From positions 249,550,001-249,614,000 of the forward strand of contig OZ024743.1 of NCBI GenBank assembly GCA_964016885.1: a DNA stretch of 64,000 nucleotides. Reading direction: 5' to 3'. This DNA is from Eledone cirrhosa (lineage: Eukaryota). This document shows positions 49,576 to 63,600 of the stretch, one piece after another (the first letter of the stretch is position 1; each line of letters starts with the position of its first letter). The notes under the pieces were generated by a model. It searched no databases, had not been told where the DNA came from, and saw only the letters and a list, made by a program, of their open reading frames with translations. Made by a program: the position numbers and the translations under genes.

Positions 49576-52500
49576 TCATCTTGGTTAAGAGAGTGGGACT
49601 GGCTTTGTGCAGTGCCTTTGCTCACTATAAAAGCTTCACGACACAGGCATTGCTTTATATCTGGAGATTTCTCTGCACTTGTCGTCACATGGTACCATGG
49701 GCCTAGCGCTATGTGTCAATAATTGTCACACGTGTAGTGTTTGTACCAGAGTTTTCAAGTCGCTGGCTGGACTAAAGTCACATTCGTTCAGCGCATCGGT
49801 AGGAGTTCTCCTACATGGATATAAAGTAGTGGCCGTACTCGAAAACGAGTTGGCAGCCACCATGTATGTATGTATGTATGTATGTATGTATGTATGTATG
49901 TATGTATGTATGTATGTATGTATGTATGTATGTATGTATGTATGTATGTCAGATCACCAGTTGGTGCTACTGGTAACATGTATCCCAGTACAACCTGTCC
50001 CATGGTCGGGTCGTTGGCGACTAAACTGGCAAACCCACCAAGGTTTCTTGGTGAGGAGGGTGACTTTGGACATCCTGCAGGACTAAAAACAAAACCTGTC
50101 AAAGGGCAAAGGAGCTCTTAAGAGTCAATGGCCATCCAAAATCACCGGGAGAGATGACCCCTTAGCCTTTGTCAAGGCAGAATTCTAGGAGAAGGAAAAC
50201 TCTGATATAACACCTGCAACCCTGATGGTATCCAATGATGTTGACTTGTTCTTCTTTTTGGTAAATATCATCTTGGTTAAGAGAGTGGGACTGGCTTTGT
50301 GCAGTGCCTTTGCTCACTATAAAAGCTTCACGGCACAGGCATTGCTTTATATCTGGAGATCTCTCTGCACTTGTCGTCACATGGTACCATGGGCCCAGCA
50401 CTATGTGTCAGTAATTGTCACAAGTGTAGTGTTTGTACCAGAGTTTTCAAGTCACTGGCTGGACTAAAAAGTCACACTCGTTCAGCGCATCGGTAGGGGT
50501 TCTCCTACATGGATATAAAGTAGTGGCCGTACTCGAAAACGAGTTGGCAGCCACCATGTATGTATGTATGTATGTATGTATGTATGTATGTATGTATGTA
50601 TGTATGTATGTATGTATGTATGTCAGGTCACCAGTTGGTGCTACTGGTAACATGTATCCCAGTACAACCTGTCCCATGGTCGGGTCGTTGGCGACTAAAC
50701 TGGCAAACCCACCAAGGTTTCTTGGTGAGGAGGGTGACTTTGGACATCCTGCAGGACTAAAAACAAAACCTGTCAAAGGGCAAAGGAGCTCTTAAGAGTC
50801 AATGGCCATCCAAAATCACCGGGAGAGATGACCCCTTAGCCTTTGTCAAGGCAGAATTCTAGGAGAAGGAAAACTCTGATATAACACCTGCAACCCTGAT
50901 GGTATCCAATGATGTTGACTTGTTCTTCTTTTTGGTAAATATCATCTTGGTTAAGAGAGTGGGACTGGCTTTGTGCAGTGCCTTTGCTCACTATAAAAGC
51001 TTCACGGCACAGGCATTGCTTTATATCTGGAGATCTCTCTGCACTTGTCGTCACATGGTACCATGGGCCCAGCACTATGTGTCAGTAATTGTCACAAGTG
51101 TAGTGTTTGTACCAGAGTTTTCAAGTCACTGGCTGGACTAAAAAGTCACACTCGTTCAGCGCATCGGTAGGGGTTCTCCTACATGGATATAAAGTAGTGG
51201 CCGTACTCGAAAACGAGTTGGCAGCCACCATGTATGTATGTATGTATGTATGTATGTATGTATGTATGTATGTATGTATGTATGTATGTATGTATGTATG
51301 TATGTATGTATGTATGTATGTTATGTATGTTATGTCAGGTCACCAGTTGGTGCTACTGGTAACATGTATCCCAGTACAACCTGTCCCATGGTCGGGTCGT
51401 TGGCGACTAAACTGGCAAACCCACCAAGGTTTCTTGGTGAGGAGGGTGACTTTGGACATCCTGCAGGACTAAAAACAAAACCTGTCAAAGGGCAAAGGAG
51501 CTCTTAAGAGTCAATGGCCATCCAAAATCACCGGGAGAGATGACCCCTTAGCCTTTGTCAAGGCAGAATTCTAGGAGAAGGAAAACTCTGATATAACACC
51601 TGCAACCCTGATGGTATCCAATGAGGTTGACTTGTTCTTCTTTTTGGTAAATATCATCTTGGTTAAGAGAGTGGGACTGGCTTTGTGCAGTGCCTTTGCT
51701 CACTATAAAAGCTTCACGGCACAGGCATTGCTTTATATCTGGAGATCTCTCTGCACTTGTCGTCACATGGTACCATGGGCCCAGCACTATGTGTCAGTAA
51801 TTGTCACAAGTGTAGTGTTTGTACCAGAGTTTTCAAGTCACTGGCTGGACTAAAAAGTCACACTCGTTCAGCGCATCGGTAGGGGTTCTCCTACATGGAT
51901 ATAAAGTAGTGGCCGTACTCGAAAACGAGTTGGCAGCCACCATGTATGTATGTATGTATGTATGTATGTATGTATGTATGTATGTATGTATGTATGTATG
52001 TATGTATGTATGTATGTATGTATGTATGTATGTATGTTATGTCAGGTCACCAGTTGGTGCTACTGGTAACATGTATCCCAGTACAACCTGTCCCATGGTC
52101 GGGTCGTTGGCGACTAAACTGGCAAACCCACCAAGGTTTCTTGGTGAGGAGGGTGACTTTGGACATCCTGCAGGACTAAAAACAAAACCTGTCAAAGGGC
52201 AAAGGAGCTCTTAAGACTCAATGGCCATCCAAAATCACCGGGAGAGATGACCCCTTAGCCTTTGTCAAGGCAGAATTCTAGGAGAAGGAAAACTCTGATA
52301 TAACACCTGCAACCCTGATGGTATCCAATGAGGTTGACTTGTTCTTCTTTTTGGTAAATATCATCTTGGTTAAGAGAGTGGGACTGGCTTTGTGCAGTGC
52401 CTTTGCTCACTATAAAAGCTTCACGGCACAGGCATTGCTTTATATCTGGAGATCTCTCTGCACTTGTCGTCACATGGTACCATGGGCCCAGCACTATGTG

Positions 52501-52699
52501 TCAGTAATTGTCACAAGTGTAGTGTTTGTACCAGAGTTTTCAAGTCACTGGCTGGACTAAAAAGTCACACTCGTTCAGCGCATCGGTAGGGGTTCTCCTA
52601 CATGGATATAAAGTAGTGGCCGTACTCGAAAACGAGTTGGCAGCCACCATGTATGTATGTATGTATGTATGTATGTATGTATGTATGTATGTATGTATG

Positions 52700-52733
<34 letters not shown>

Positions 52734-54477
52734 TGTATGTAAATATCATCTTGGTTAAGAGAGTGGGACTGGCTTTGTGCAGTGCCTTTGCTCACTATAA
52801 AAGCTTCACGACACAGGCATTGCTTTATATCTGGAGATTTCTCTGCACTTGTCGTCACATGGTACCATGGGCCTAGCGCTATGTGTCAATAATTGTCACA
52901 CGTGTAGTGTTTGTACCAGAGTTTTCAAGTCGCTGGCTGGACTAAAGTCACATTCGTTCAGCGCATCGGTAGGAGTTCTCCTACATGGATATAAAGTAGT
53001 GGCCGTACTCGAAAACGAGTTGGCAGCCACCATGTATGTATGTATGTATGTATGTATGTATGTATGTATGTATGTATGTATGTATGTATGTATGTATGTA
53101 TGTATGTATGTATGTATGTTATGTATGTTATGTCAGGTCACCAGTTGGTGCTACTGGTAACATGTATCCCAGTACAACCTGTCCCATGGTCGGGTCGTTG
53201 GCGACTAAACTGGCAAACCCACCAAGGTTTCTTGGTGAGGAGGGTGACTTTGGACATCCTGCAGGACTAAAAACAAAACCTGTCAAAGGGCAAAGGAGCT
53301 CTTAAGAGTCAATGGCCATCCAAAATCACCGGGAGAGATGACCCCTTAGCCTTTGTCAAGGCAGAATTCTAGGAGAAGGAAAACTCTGATATAACACCTG
53401 CAACCCTGATGGTATCCAATGAGGTTGACTTGTTCTTCTTTTTGGTAAATATCATCTTGGTTAAGAGAGTGGGACTGGCTTTGTGCAGTGCCTTTGCTCA
53501 CTATAAAAGCTTCACGGCACAGGCATTGCTTTATATCTGGAGATCTCTCTGCACTTGTCGTCACATGGTACCATGGGCCCAGCACTATGTGTCAGTAATT
53601 GTCACAAGTGTAGTGTTTGTACCAGAGTTTTCAAGTCACTGGCTGGACTAAAAAGTCACACTCGTTCAGCGCATCGGTAGGGGTTCTCCTACATGGATAT
53701 AAAGTAGTGGCCGTACTCGAAAACGAGTTGGCAGCCACCATGTATGTATGTATGTATGTATGTATGTATGTATGTATGTATGTATGTATGTATGTATGTA
53801 TGTATGTATGTATGTATGTATGTATGTTATGTCAGGTCACCAGTTGGTGCTACTGGTAACATGTATCCCAGTACAACCTGTCCCATGGTCGGGTCGTTGG
53901 CGACTAAACTGGCAAACCCACCAAGGTTTCTTGGTGAGGAGGGTGACTTTGGACATCCTGCAGGACTAAAAACAAAACCTGTCAAAGGGCAAAGGAGCTC
54001 TTAAGAGTCAATGGCCATCCAAAATCACCGGGAGAGATGACCCCTTAGCCTTTGTCAAGGCAGAATTCTAGGAGAAGGAAAACTCTGATATAACACCTGC
54101 AACCCTGATGGTATCCAATGAGGTTGACTTGTTCTTCTTTTTGGTAAATATCATCTTGGTTAAGAGAGTGGGACTGGCTTTGTGCAGTGCCTTTGCTCAC
54201 TATAAAAGCTTCACGGCACAGGCATTGCTTTATATCTGGAGATCTCTCTGCACTTGTCGTCACATGGTACCATGGGCCCAGCACTATGTGTCAGTAATTG
54301 TCACAAGTGTAGTGTTTGTACCAGAGTTTTCAAGTCACTGGCTGGACTAAAAAGTCACACTCGTTCAGCGCATCGGTAGGGGTTCTCCTACATGGATATA
54401 AAGTAGTGGCCGTACTCGAAAACGAGTTGGCAGCCACCATGTATGTATGTATGTATGTATGTATGTATGTATGTATG

Positions 54478-54511
<34 letters not shown>

Positions 54512-57500
54512 TCATCTTGGTTAAGAGAGTGGGACTGGCTTTGTGCAGTGCCTTTGCTCACTATAAAAGCTTCACGACACAGGCATTGCTTTATATCTGG
54601 AGATTTCTCTGCACTTGTCGTCACATGGTACCATGGGCCTAGCGCTATGTGTCAATAATTGTCACACGTGTAGTGTTTGTACCAGAGTTTTCAAGTCGCT
54701 GGCTGGACTAAAGTCACATTCGTTCAGCGCATCGGTAGGAGTTCTCCTACATGGATATAAAGTAGTGGCCGTACTCGAAAACGAGTTGGCAGCCACCATG
54801 TATGTATGTATGTATGTATGTATGTATGTATGTATGTATGTATGTATGTATGTATGTATGTATGTATGTATGTATGTATGTTATGTATGTTATGTCAGGT
54901 CACCAGTTGGTGCTACTGGTAACATGTATCCCAGTACAACCTGTCCCATGGTCGGGTCGTTGGCGACTAAACTGGCAAACCCACCAAGGTTTCTTGGTGA
55001 GGAGGGTGACTTTGGACATCCTGCAGGACTAAAAACAAAACCTGTCAAAGGGCAAAGGAGCTCTTAAGAGTCAATGGCCATCCAAAATCACCGGGAGAGA
55101 TGACCCCTTAGCCTTTGTCAAGGCAGAATTCTAGGAGAAGGAAAACTCTGATATAACACCTGCAACCCTGATGGTATCCAATGATGTTGACTTGTTCTTC
55201 TTTTTGGTAAATATCATCTTGGTTAAGAGAGTGGGACTGGCTTTGTGCAGTGCCTTTGCTCACTATAAAAGCTTCACGGCACAGGCATTGCTTTATATCT
55301 GGAGATCTCTCTGCACTTGTCGTCACATGGTACCATGGGCCCAGCACTATGTGTCAGTAATTGTCACAAGTGTAGTGTTTGTACCAGAGTTTTCAAGTCA
55401 CTGGCTGGACTAAAAAGTCACACTCGTTCAGCGCATCGGTAGGGGTTCTCCTACATGGATATAAAGTAGTGGCCGTACTCGAAAACGAGTTGGCAGCCAC
55501 CATGTATGTATGTATGTATGTATGTATGTATGTATGTATGTATGTATGTATGTATGTATGTATGTATGTATGTTATGTATGTTATGTCAGGTCACCAGTT
55601 GGTGCTACTGGTAACATGTATCCCAGTACAACCTGTCCCATGGTCGGGTCGTTGGCGACTAAACTGGCAAACCCACCAAGGTTTCTTGGTGAGGAGGGTG
55701 ACTTTGGACATCCTGCAGGACTAAAAACAAAACCTGTCAAAGGGCAAAGGAGCTCTTAAGAGTCAATGGCCATCCAAAATCACCGGGAGAGATGACCCCT
55801 TAGCCTTTGTCAAGGCAGAATTCTAGGAGAAGGAAAACTCTGATATAACACCTGCAACCCTGATGGTATCCAATGATGTTGACTTGTTCTTCTTTTTGGT
55901 AAATATCATCTTGGTTAAGAGAGTGGGACTGGCTTTGTGCAGTGCCTTTGCTCACTATAAAAGCTTCACGGCACAGGCATTGCTTTATATCTGGAGATCT
56001 CTCTGCACTTGTCGTCACATGGTACCATGGGCCCAGCACTATGTGTCAGTAATTGTCACAAGTGTAGTGTTTGTACCAGAGTTTTCAAGTCACTGGCTGG
56101 ACTAAAAAGTCACACTCGTTCAGCGCATCGGTAGGGGTTCTCCTACATGGATATAAAGTAGTGGCCGTACTCGAAAACGAGTTGGCAGCCACCATGTATG
56201 TATGTATGTATGTATGTATGTATGTATGTATGTATGTATGTATGTATGTATGTATGTATGTATGTATGTATGTTATGTATGTTATGTCAGGTCACCAGTT
56301 GGTGCTACTGGTAACATGTATCCCAGTACAACCTGTCCCATGGTCGGGTCGTTGGCGACTAAACTGGCAAACCCACCAAGGTTTCTTGGTGAGGAGGGTG
56401 ACTTTGGACATCCTGCAGGACTAAAAACAAAACCTGTCAAAGGGCAAAGGAGCTCTTAAGAGTCAATGGCCATCCAAAATCACCGGGAGAGATGACCCCT
56501 TAGCCTTTGTCAAGGCAGAATTCTAGGAGAAGGAAAACTCTGATATAACACCTGCAACCCTGATGGTATCCAATGATGTTGACTTGTTCTTCTTTTTGGT
56601 AAATATCATCTTGGTTAAGAGAGTGGGACTGGCTTTGTGCAGTGCCTTTGCTCACTATAAAAGCTTCACGGCACAGGCATTGCTTTATATCTGGAGATCT
56701 CTCTGCACTTGTCGTCACATGGTACCATGGGCCCAGCACTATGTGTCAGTAATTGTCACAAGTGTAGTGTTTGTACCAGAGTTTTCAAGTCACTGGCTGG
56801 ACTAAAAAGTCACACTCGTTCAGCGCATCGGTAGGGGTTCTCCTACATGGATATAAAGTAGTGGCCGTACTCGAAAACGAGTTGGCAGCCACCATGTATG
56901 TATGTATGTATGTATGTATGTATGTATGTATGTATGTATGTATGTATGTATGTATGTATGTATGTATGTATGTATGTATGTATGTTATGTATGTTATGTC
57001 AGGTCACCAGTTGGTGCTACTGGTAACATGTATCCCAGTACAACCTGTCCCATGGTCGGGTCGTTGGCGACTAAACTGGCAAACCCACCAAGGTTTCTTG
57101 GTGAGGAGGGTGACTTTGGACATCCTGCAGGACTAAAAACAAAACCTGTCAAAGGGCAAAGGAGCTCTTAAGAGTCAATGGCCATCCAAAATCACCGGGA
57201 GAGATGACCCCTTAGCCTTTGTCAAGGCAGAATTCTAGGAGAAGGAAAACTCTGATATAACACCTGCAACCCTGATGGTATCCAATGAGGTTGACTTGTT
57301 CTTCTTTTTGGTAAATATCATCTTGGTTAAGAGAGTGGGACTGGCTTTGTGCAGTGCCTTTGCTCACTATAAAAGCTTCACGGCACAGGCATTGCTTTAT
57401 ATCTGGAGATCTCTCTGCACTTGTCGTCACATGGTACCATGGGCCCAGCACTATGTGTCAGTAATTGTCACAAGTGTAGTGTTTGTACCAGAGTTTTCAA

Positions 57501-57644
57501 GTCACTGGCTGGACTAAAAAGTCACACTCGTTCAGCGCATCGGTAGGGGTTCTCCTACATGGATATAAAGTAGTGGCCGTACTCGAAAACGAGTTGGCAG
57601 CCACCATGTATGTATGTATGTATGTATGTATGTATGTATGTATG

Positions 57645-57678
<34 letters not shown>

Positions 57679-60600
57679 TGTATGTAAATATCATCTTGGT
57701 TAAGAGAGTGGGACTGGCTTTGTGCAGTGCCTTTGCTCACTATAAAAGCTTCACGACACAGGCATTGCTTTATATCTGGAGATTTCTCTGCACTTGTCGT
57801 CACATGGTACCATGGGCCTAGCGCTATGTGTCAATAATTGTCACACGTGTAGTGTTTGTACCAGAGTTTTCAAGTCGCTGGCTGGACTAAAGTCACATTC
57901 GTTCAGCGCATCGGTAGGAGTTCTCCTACATGGATATAAAGTAGTGGCCGTACTCGAAAACGAGTTGGCAGCCACCATGTATGTATGTATGTATGTATGT
58001 ATGTATGTATGTATGTATGTATGTATGTATGTATGTATGTATGTATGTATGTATGTATGTATGTATGTATGTATGTATGTATGTTATGTATGTTATGTCA
58101 GGTCACCAGTTGGTGCTACTGGTAACATGTATCCCAGTACAACCTGTCCCATGGTCGGGTCGTTGGCGACTAAACTGGCAAACCCACCAAGGTTTCTTGG
58201 TGAGGAGGGTGACTTTGGACATCCTGCAGGACTAAAAACAAAACCTGTCAAAGGGCAAAGGAGCTCTTAAGAGTCAATGGCCATCCAAAATCACCGGGAG
58301 AGATGACCCCTTAGCCTTTGTCAAGGCAGAATTCTAGGAGAAGGAAAACTCTGATATAACACCTGCAACCCTGATGGTATCCAATGATGTTGACTTGTTC
58401 TTCTTTTTGGTAAATATCATCTTGGTTAAGAGAGTGGGACTGGCTTTGTGCAGTGCCTTTGCTCACTATAAAAGCTTCACGGCACAGGCATTGCTTTATA
58501 TCTGGAGATCTCTCTGCACTTGTCGTCACATGGTACCATGGGCCCAGCACTATGTGTCAGTAATTGTCACAAGTGTAGTGTTTGTACCAGAGTTTTCAAG
58601 TCACTGGCTGGACTAAAAAGTCACACTCGTTCAGCGCATCGGTAGGGGTTCTCCTACATGGATATAAAGTAGTGGCCGTACTCGAAAACGAGTTGGCAGC
58701 CACCATGTATGTATGTATGTATGTATGTATGTATGTATGTATGTATGTATGTATGTATGTATGTATGTATGTATGTATGTATGTATGTATGTATGTATGT
58801 ATGTATGTTATGTCAGGTCACCAGTTGGTGCTACTGGTAACATGTATCCCAGTACAACCTGTCCCATGGTCGGGTCGTTGGCGACTAAACTGGCAAACCC
58901 ACCAAGGTTTCTTGGTGAGGAGGGTGACTTTGGACATCCTGCAGGACTAAAAACAAAACCTGTCAAAGGGCAAAGGAGCTCTTAAGAGTCAATGGCCATC
59001 CAAAATCACCGGGAGAGATGACCCCTTAGCCTTTGTCAAGGCAGAATTCTAGGAGAAGGAAAACTCTGATATAACACCTGCAACCCTGATGGTATCCAAT
59101 GAGGTTGACTTGTTCTTCTTTTTGGTAAATATCATCTTGGTTAAGAGAGTGGGACTGGCTTTGTGCAGTGCCTTTGCTCACTATAAAAGCTTCACGGCAC
59201 AGGCATTGCTTTATATCTGGAGATCTCTCTGCACTTGTCGTCACATGGTACCATGGGCCCAGCACTATGTGTCAGTAATTGTCACAAGTGTAGTGTTTGT
59301 ACCAGAGTTTTCAAGTCACTGGCTGGACTAAAAAGTCACACTCGTTCAGCGCATCGGTAGGGGTTCTCCTACATGGATATAAAGTAGTGGCCGTACTCGA
59401 AAACGAGTTGGCAGCCACCATGTATGTATGTATGTATGTATGTATGTATGTATGTATGTATGTATGTATGTATGTATGTATGTATGTATGTATGTATGTA
59501 TGTATGTATGTATGTATGTATGTATGTTATGTATGTTATGTCAGGTCACCAGTTGGTGCTACTGGTAACATGTATCCCAGTACAACCTGTCCCATGGTCG
59601 GGTCGTTGGCGACTAAACTGGCAAACCCACCAAGGTTTCTTGGTGAGGAGGGTGACTTTGGACATCCTGCAGGACTAAAAACAAAACCTGTCAAAGGGCA
59701 AAGGAGCTCTTAAGAGTCAATGGCCATCCAAAATCACCGGGAGAGATGACCCCTTAGCCTTTGTCAAGGCAGAATTCTAGGAGAAGGAAAACTCTGATAT
59801 AACACCTGCAACCCTGATGGTATCCAATGATGTTGACTTGTTCTTCTTTTTGGTAAATATCATCTTGGTTAAGAGAGTGGGACTGGCTTTGTGCAGTGCC
59901 TTTGCTCACTATAAAAGCTTCACGGCACAGGCATTGCTTTATATCTGGAGATCTCTCTGCACTTGTCGTCACATGGTACCATGGGCCCAGCACTATGTGT
60001 CAGTAATTGTCACAAGTGTAGTGTTTGTACCAGAGTTTTCAAGTCACTGGCTGGACTAAAAAGTCACACTCGTTCAGCGCATCGGTAGGGGTTCTCCTAC
60101 ATGGATATAAAGTAGTGGCCGTACTCGAAAACGAGTTGGCAGCCACCATGTATGTATGTATGTATGTATGTATGTATGTATGTATGTATGTATGTATGTA
60201 TGTATGTATGTATGTATGTATGTATGTATGTATGTTATGTATGTTATGTCAGGTCACCAGTTGGTGCTACTGGTAACATGTATCCCAGTACAACCTGTCC
60301 CATGGTCGGGTCGTTGGCGACTAAACTGGCAAACCCACCAAGGTTTCTTGGTGAGGAGGGTGACTTTGGACATCCTGCAGGACTAAAAACAAAACCTGTC
60401 AAAGGGCAAAGGAGCTCTTAAGAGTCAATGGCCATCCAAAATCACCGGGAGAGATGACCCCTTAGCCTTTGTCAAGGCAGAATTCTAGGAGAAGGAAAAC
60501 TCTGATATAACACCTGCAACCCTGATGGTATCCAATGATGTTGACTTGTTCTTCTTTTTGGTAAATATCATCTTGGTTAAGAGAGTGGGACTGGCTTTGT

Positions 60601-63600
60601 GCAGTGCCTTTGCTCACTATAAAAGCTTCACGGCACAGGCATTGCTTTATATCTGGAGATCTCTCTGCACTTGTCGTCACATGGTACCATGGGCCCAGCA
60701 CTATGTGTCAGTAATTGTCACAAGTGTAGTGTTTGTACCAGAGTTTTCAAGTCACTGGCTGGACTAAAAAGTCACACTCGTTCAGCGCATCGGTAGGGGT
60801 TCTCCTACATGGATATAAAGTAGTGGCCGTACTCGAAAACGAGTTGGCAGCCACCATGTATGTATGTATGTATGTATGTATGTATGTATGTATGTATGTA
60901 TGTATGTATGTATGTATGTATGTATGTATGTATGTTATGTATGTTATGTATGTTATGTCAGGTCACCAGTTGGTGCTACTGGTAACATGTATCCCAGTAC
61001 AACCTGTCCCATGGTCGGGTCGTTGGCGACTAAACTGGCAAACCCACCAAGGTTTCTTGGTGAGGAGGGTGACTTTGGACATCCTGCAGGACTAAAAACA
61101 AAACCTGTCAAAGGGCAAAGGAGCTCTTAAGAGTCAATGGCCATCCAAAATCACCGGGAGAGATGACCCCTTAGCCTTTGTCAAGGCAGAATTCTAGGAG
61201 AAGGAAAACTCTGATATAACACCTGCAACCCTGATGGTATCCAATGATGTTGACTTGTTCTTCTTTTTGGTAAATATCATCTTGGTTAAGAGAGTGGGAC
61301 TGGCTTTGTGCAGTGCCTTTGCTCACTATAAAAGCTTCACGGCACAGGCATTGCTTTATATCTGGAGATCTCTCTGCACTTGTCGTCACATGGTACCATG
61401 GGCCCAGCACTATGTGTCAGTAATTGTCACAAGTGTAGTGTTTGTACCAGAGTTTTCAAGTCACTGGCTGGACTAAAAAGTCACACTCGTTCAGCGCATC
61501 GGTAGGGGTTCTCCTACATGGATATAAAGTAGTGGCCGTACTCGAAAACGAGTTGGCAGCCACCATGTATGTATGTATGTATGTATGTATGTATGTATGT
61601 ATGTATGTATGTATGTATGTATGTATGTTATGTATGTTATGTCAGGTCACCAGTTGGTGCTACTGGTAACATGTATCCCAGTACAACCTGTCCCATGGTC
61701 GGGTCGTTGGCGACTAAACTGGCAAACCCACCAAGGTTTCTTGGTGAGGAGGGTGACTTTGGACATCCTGCAGGACTAAAAACAAAACCTGTCAAAGGGC
61801 AAAGGAGCTCTTAAGAGTCAATGGCCATCCAAAATCACCGGGAGAGATGACCCCTTAGCCTTTGTCAAGGCAGAATTCTAGGAGAAGGAAAACTCTGATA
61901 TAACACCTGCAACCCTGATGGTATCCAATGATGTTGACTTGTTCTTCTTTTTGGTAAATATCATCTTGGTTAAGAGAGTGGGACTGGCTTTGTGCAGTGC
62001 CTTTGCTCACTATAAAAGCTTCACGGCACAGGCATTGCTTTATATCTGGAGATCTCTCTGCACTTGTCGTCACATGGTACCATGGGCCCAGCACTATGTG
62101 TCAGTAATTGTCACAAGTGTAGTGTTTGTACCAGAGTTTTCAAGTCACTGGCTGGACTAAAAAGTCACACTCGTTCAGCGCATCGGTAGGGGTTCTCCTA
62201 CATGGATATAAAGTAGTGGCCGTACTCGAAAACGAGTTGGCAGCCACCATGTATGTATGTATGTATGTATGTATGTATGTATGTATGTATGTATGTATGT
62301 ATGTATGTATGTATGTATGTATGTATGTATGTTATGTATGTTATGTCAGGTCACCAGTTGGTGCTACTGGTAACATGTATCCCAGTACAACCTGTCCCAT
62401 GGTCGGGTCGTTGGCGACTAAACTGGCAAACCCACCAAGGTTTCTTGGTGAGGAGGGTGACTTTGGACATCCTGCAGGACTAAAAACAAAACCTGTCAAA
62501 GGGCAAAGGAGCTCTTAAGAGTCAATGGCCATCCAAAATCACCGGGAGAGATGACCCCTTAGCCTTTGTCAAGGCAGAATTCTAGGAGAAGGAAAACTCT
62601 GATATAACACCTGCAACCCTGATGGTATCCAATGATGTTGACTTGTTCTTCTTTTTGGTAAATATCATCTTGGTTAAGAGAGTGGGACTGGCTTTGTGCA
62701 GTGCCTTTGCTCACTATAAAAGCTTCACGGCACAGGCATTGCTTTATATCTGGAGATCTCTCTGCACTTGTCGTCACATGGTACCATGGGCCCAGCACTA
62801 TGTGTCAGTAATTGTCACAAGTGTAGTGTTTGTACCAGAGTTTTCAAGTCACTGGCTGGACTAAAAAGTCACACTCGTTCAGCGCATCGGTAGGGGTTCT
62901 CCTACATGGATATAAAGTAGTGGCCGTACTCGAAAACGAGTTGGCAGCCACCATGTATGTATGTATGTATGTATGTATGTATGTATGTATGTATGTATGT
63001 ATGTATGTATGTATGTATGTATGTATGTATGTATGTATGTATGTATGTTATGTATGTTATGTCAGGTCACCAGTTGGTGCTACTGGTAACATGTATCCCA
63101 GTACAACCTGTCCCATGGTCGGGTCGTTGGCGACTAAACTGGCAAACCCACCAAGGTTTCTTGGTGAGGAGGGTGACTTTGGACATCCTGCAGGACTAAA
63201 AACAAAACCTGTCAAAGGGCAAAGGAGCTCTTAAGAGTCAATGGCCATCCAAAATCACCGGGAGAGATGACCCCTTAGCCTTTGTCAAGGCAGAATTCTA
63301 GGAGAAGGAAAACTCTGATATAACACCTGCAACCCTGATGGTATCCAATGATGTTGACTTGTTCTTCTTTTTGGTAAATATCATCTTGGTTAAGAGAGTG
63401 GGACTGGCTTTGTGCAGTGCCTTTGCTCACTATAAAAGCTTCACGGCACAGGCATTGCTTTATATCTGGAGATCTCTCTGCACTTGTCGTCACATGGTAC
63501 CATGGGCCCAGCACTATGTGTCAGTAATTGTCACAAGTGTAGTGTTTGTACCAGAGTTTTCAAGTCACTGGCTGGACTAAAAAGTCACACTCGTTCAGCG

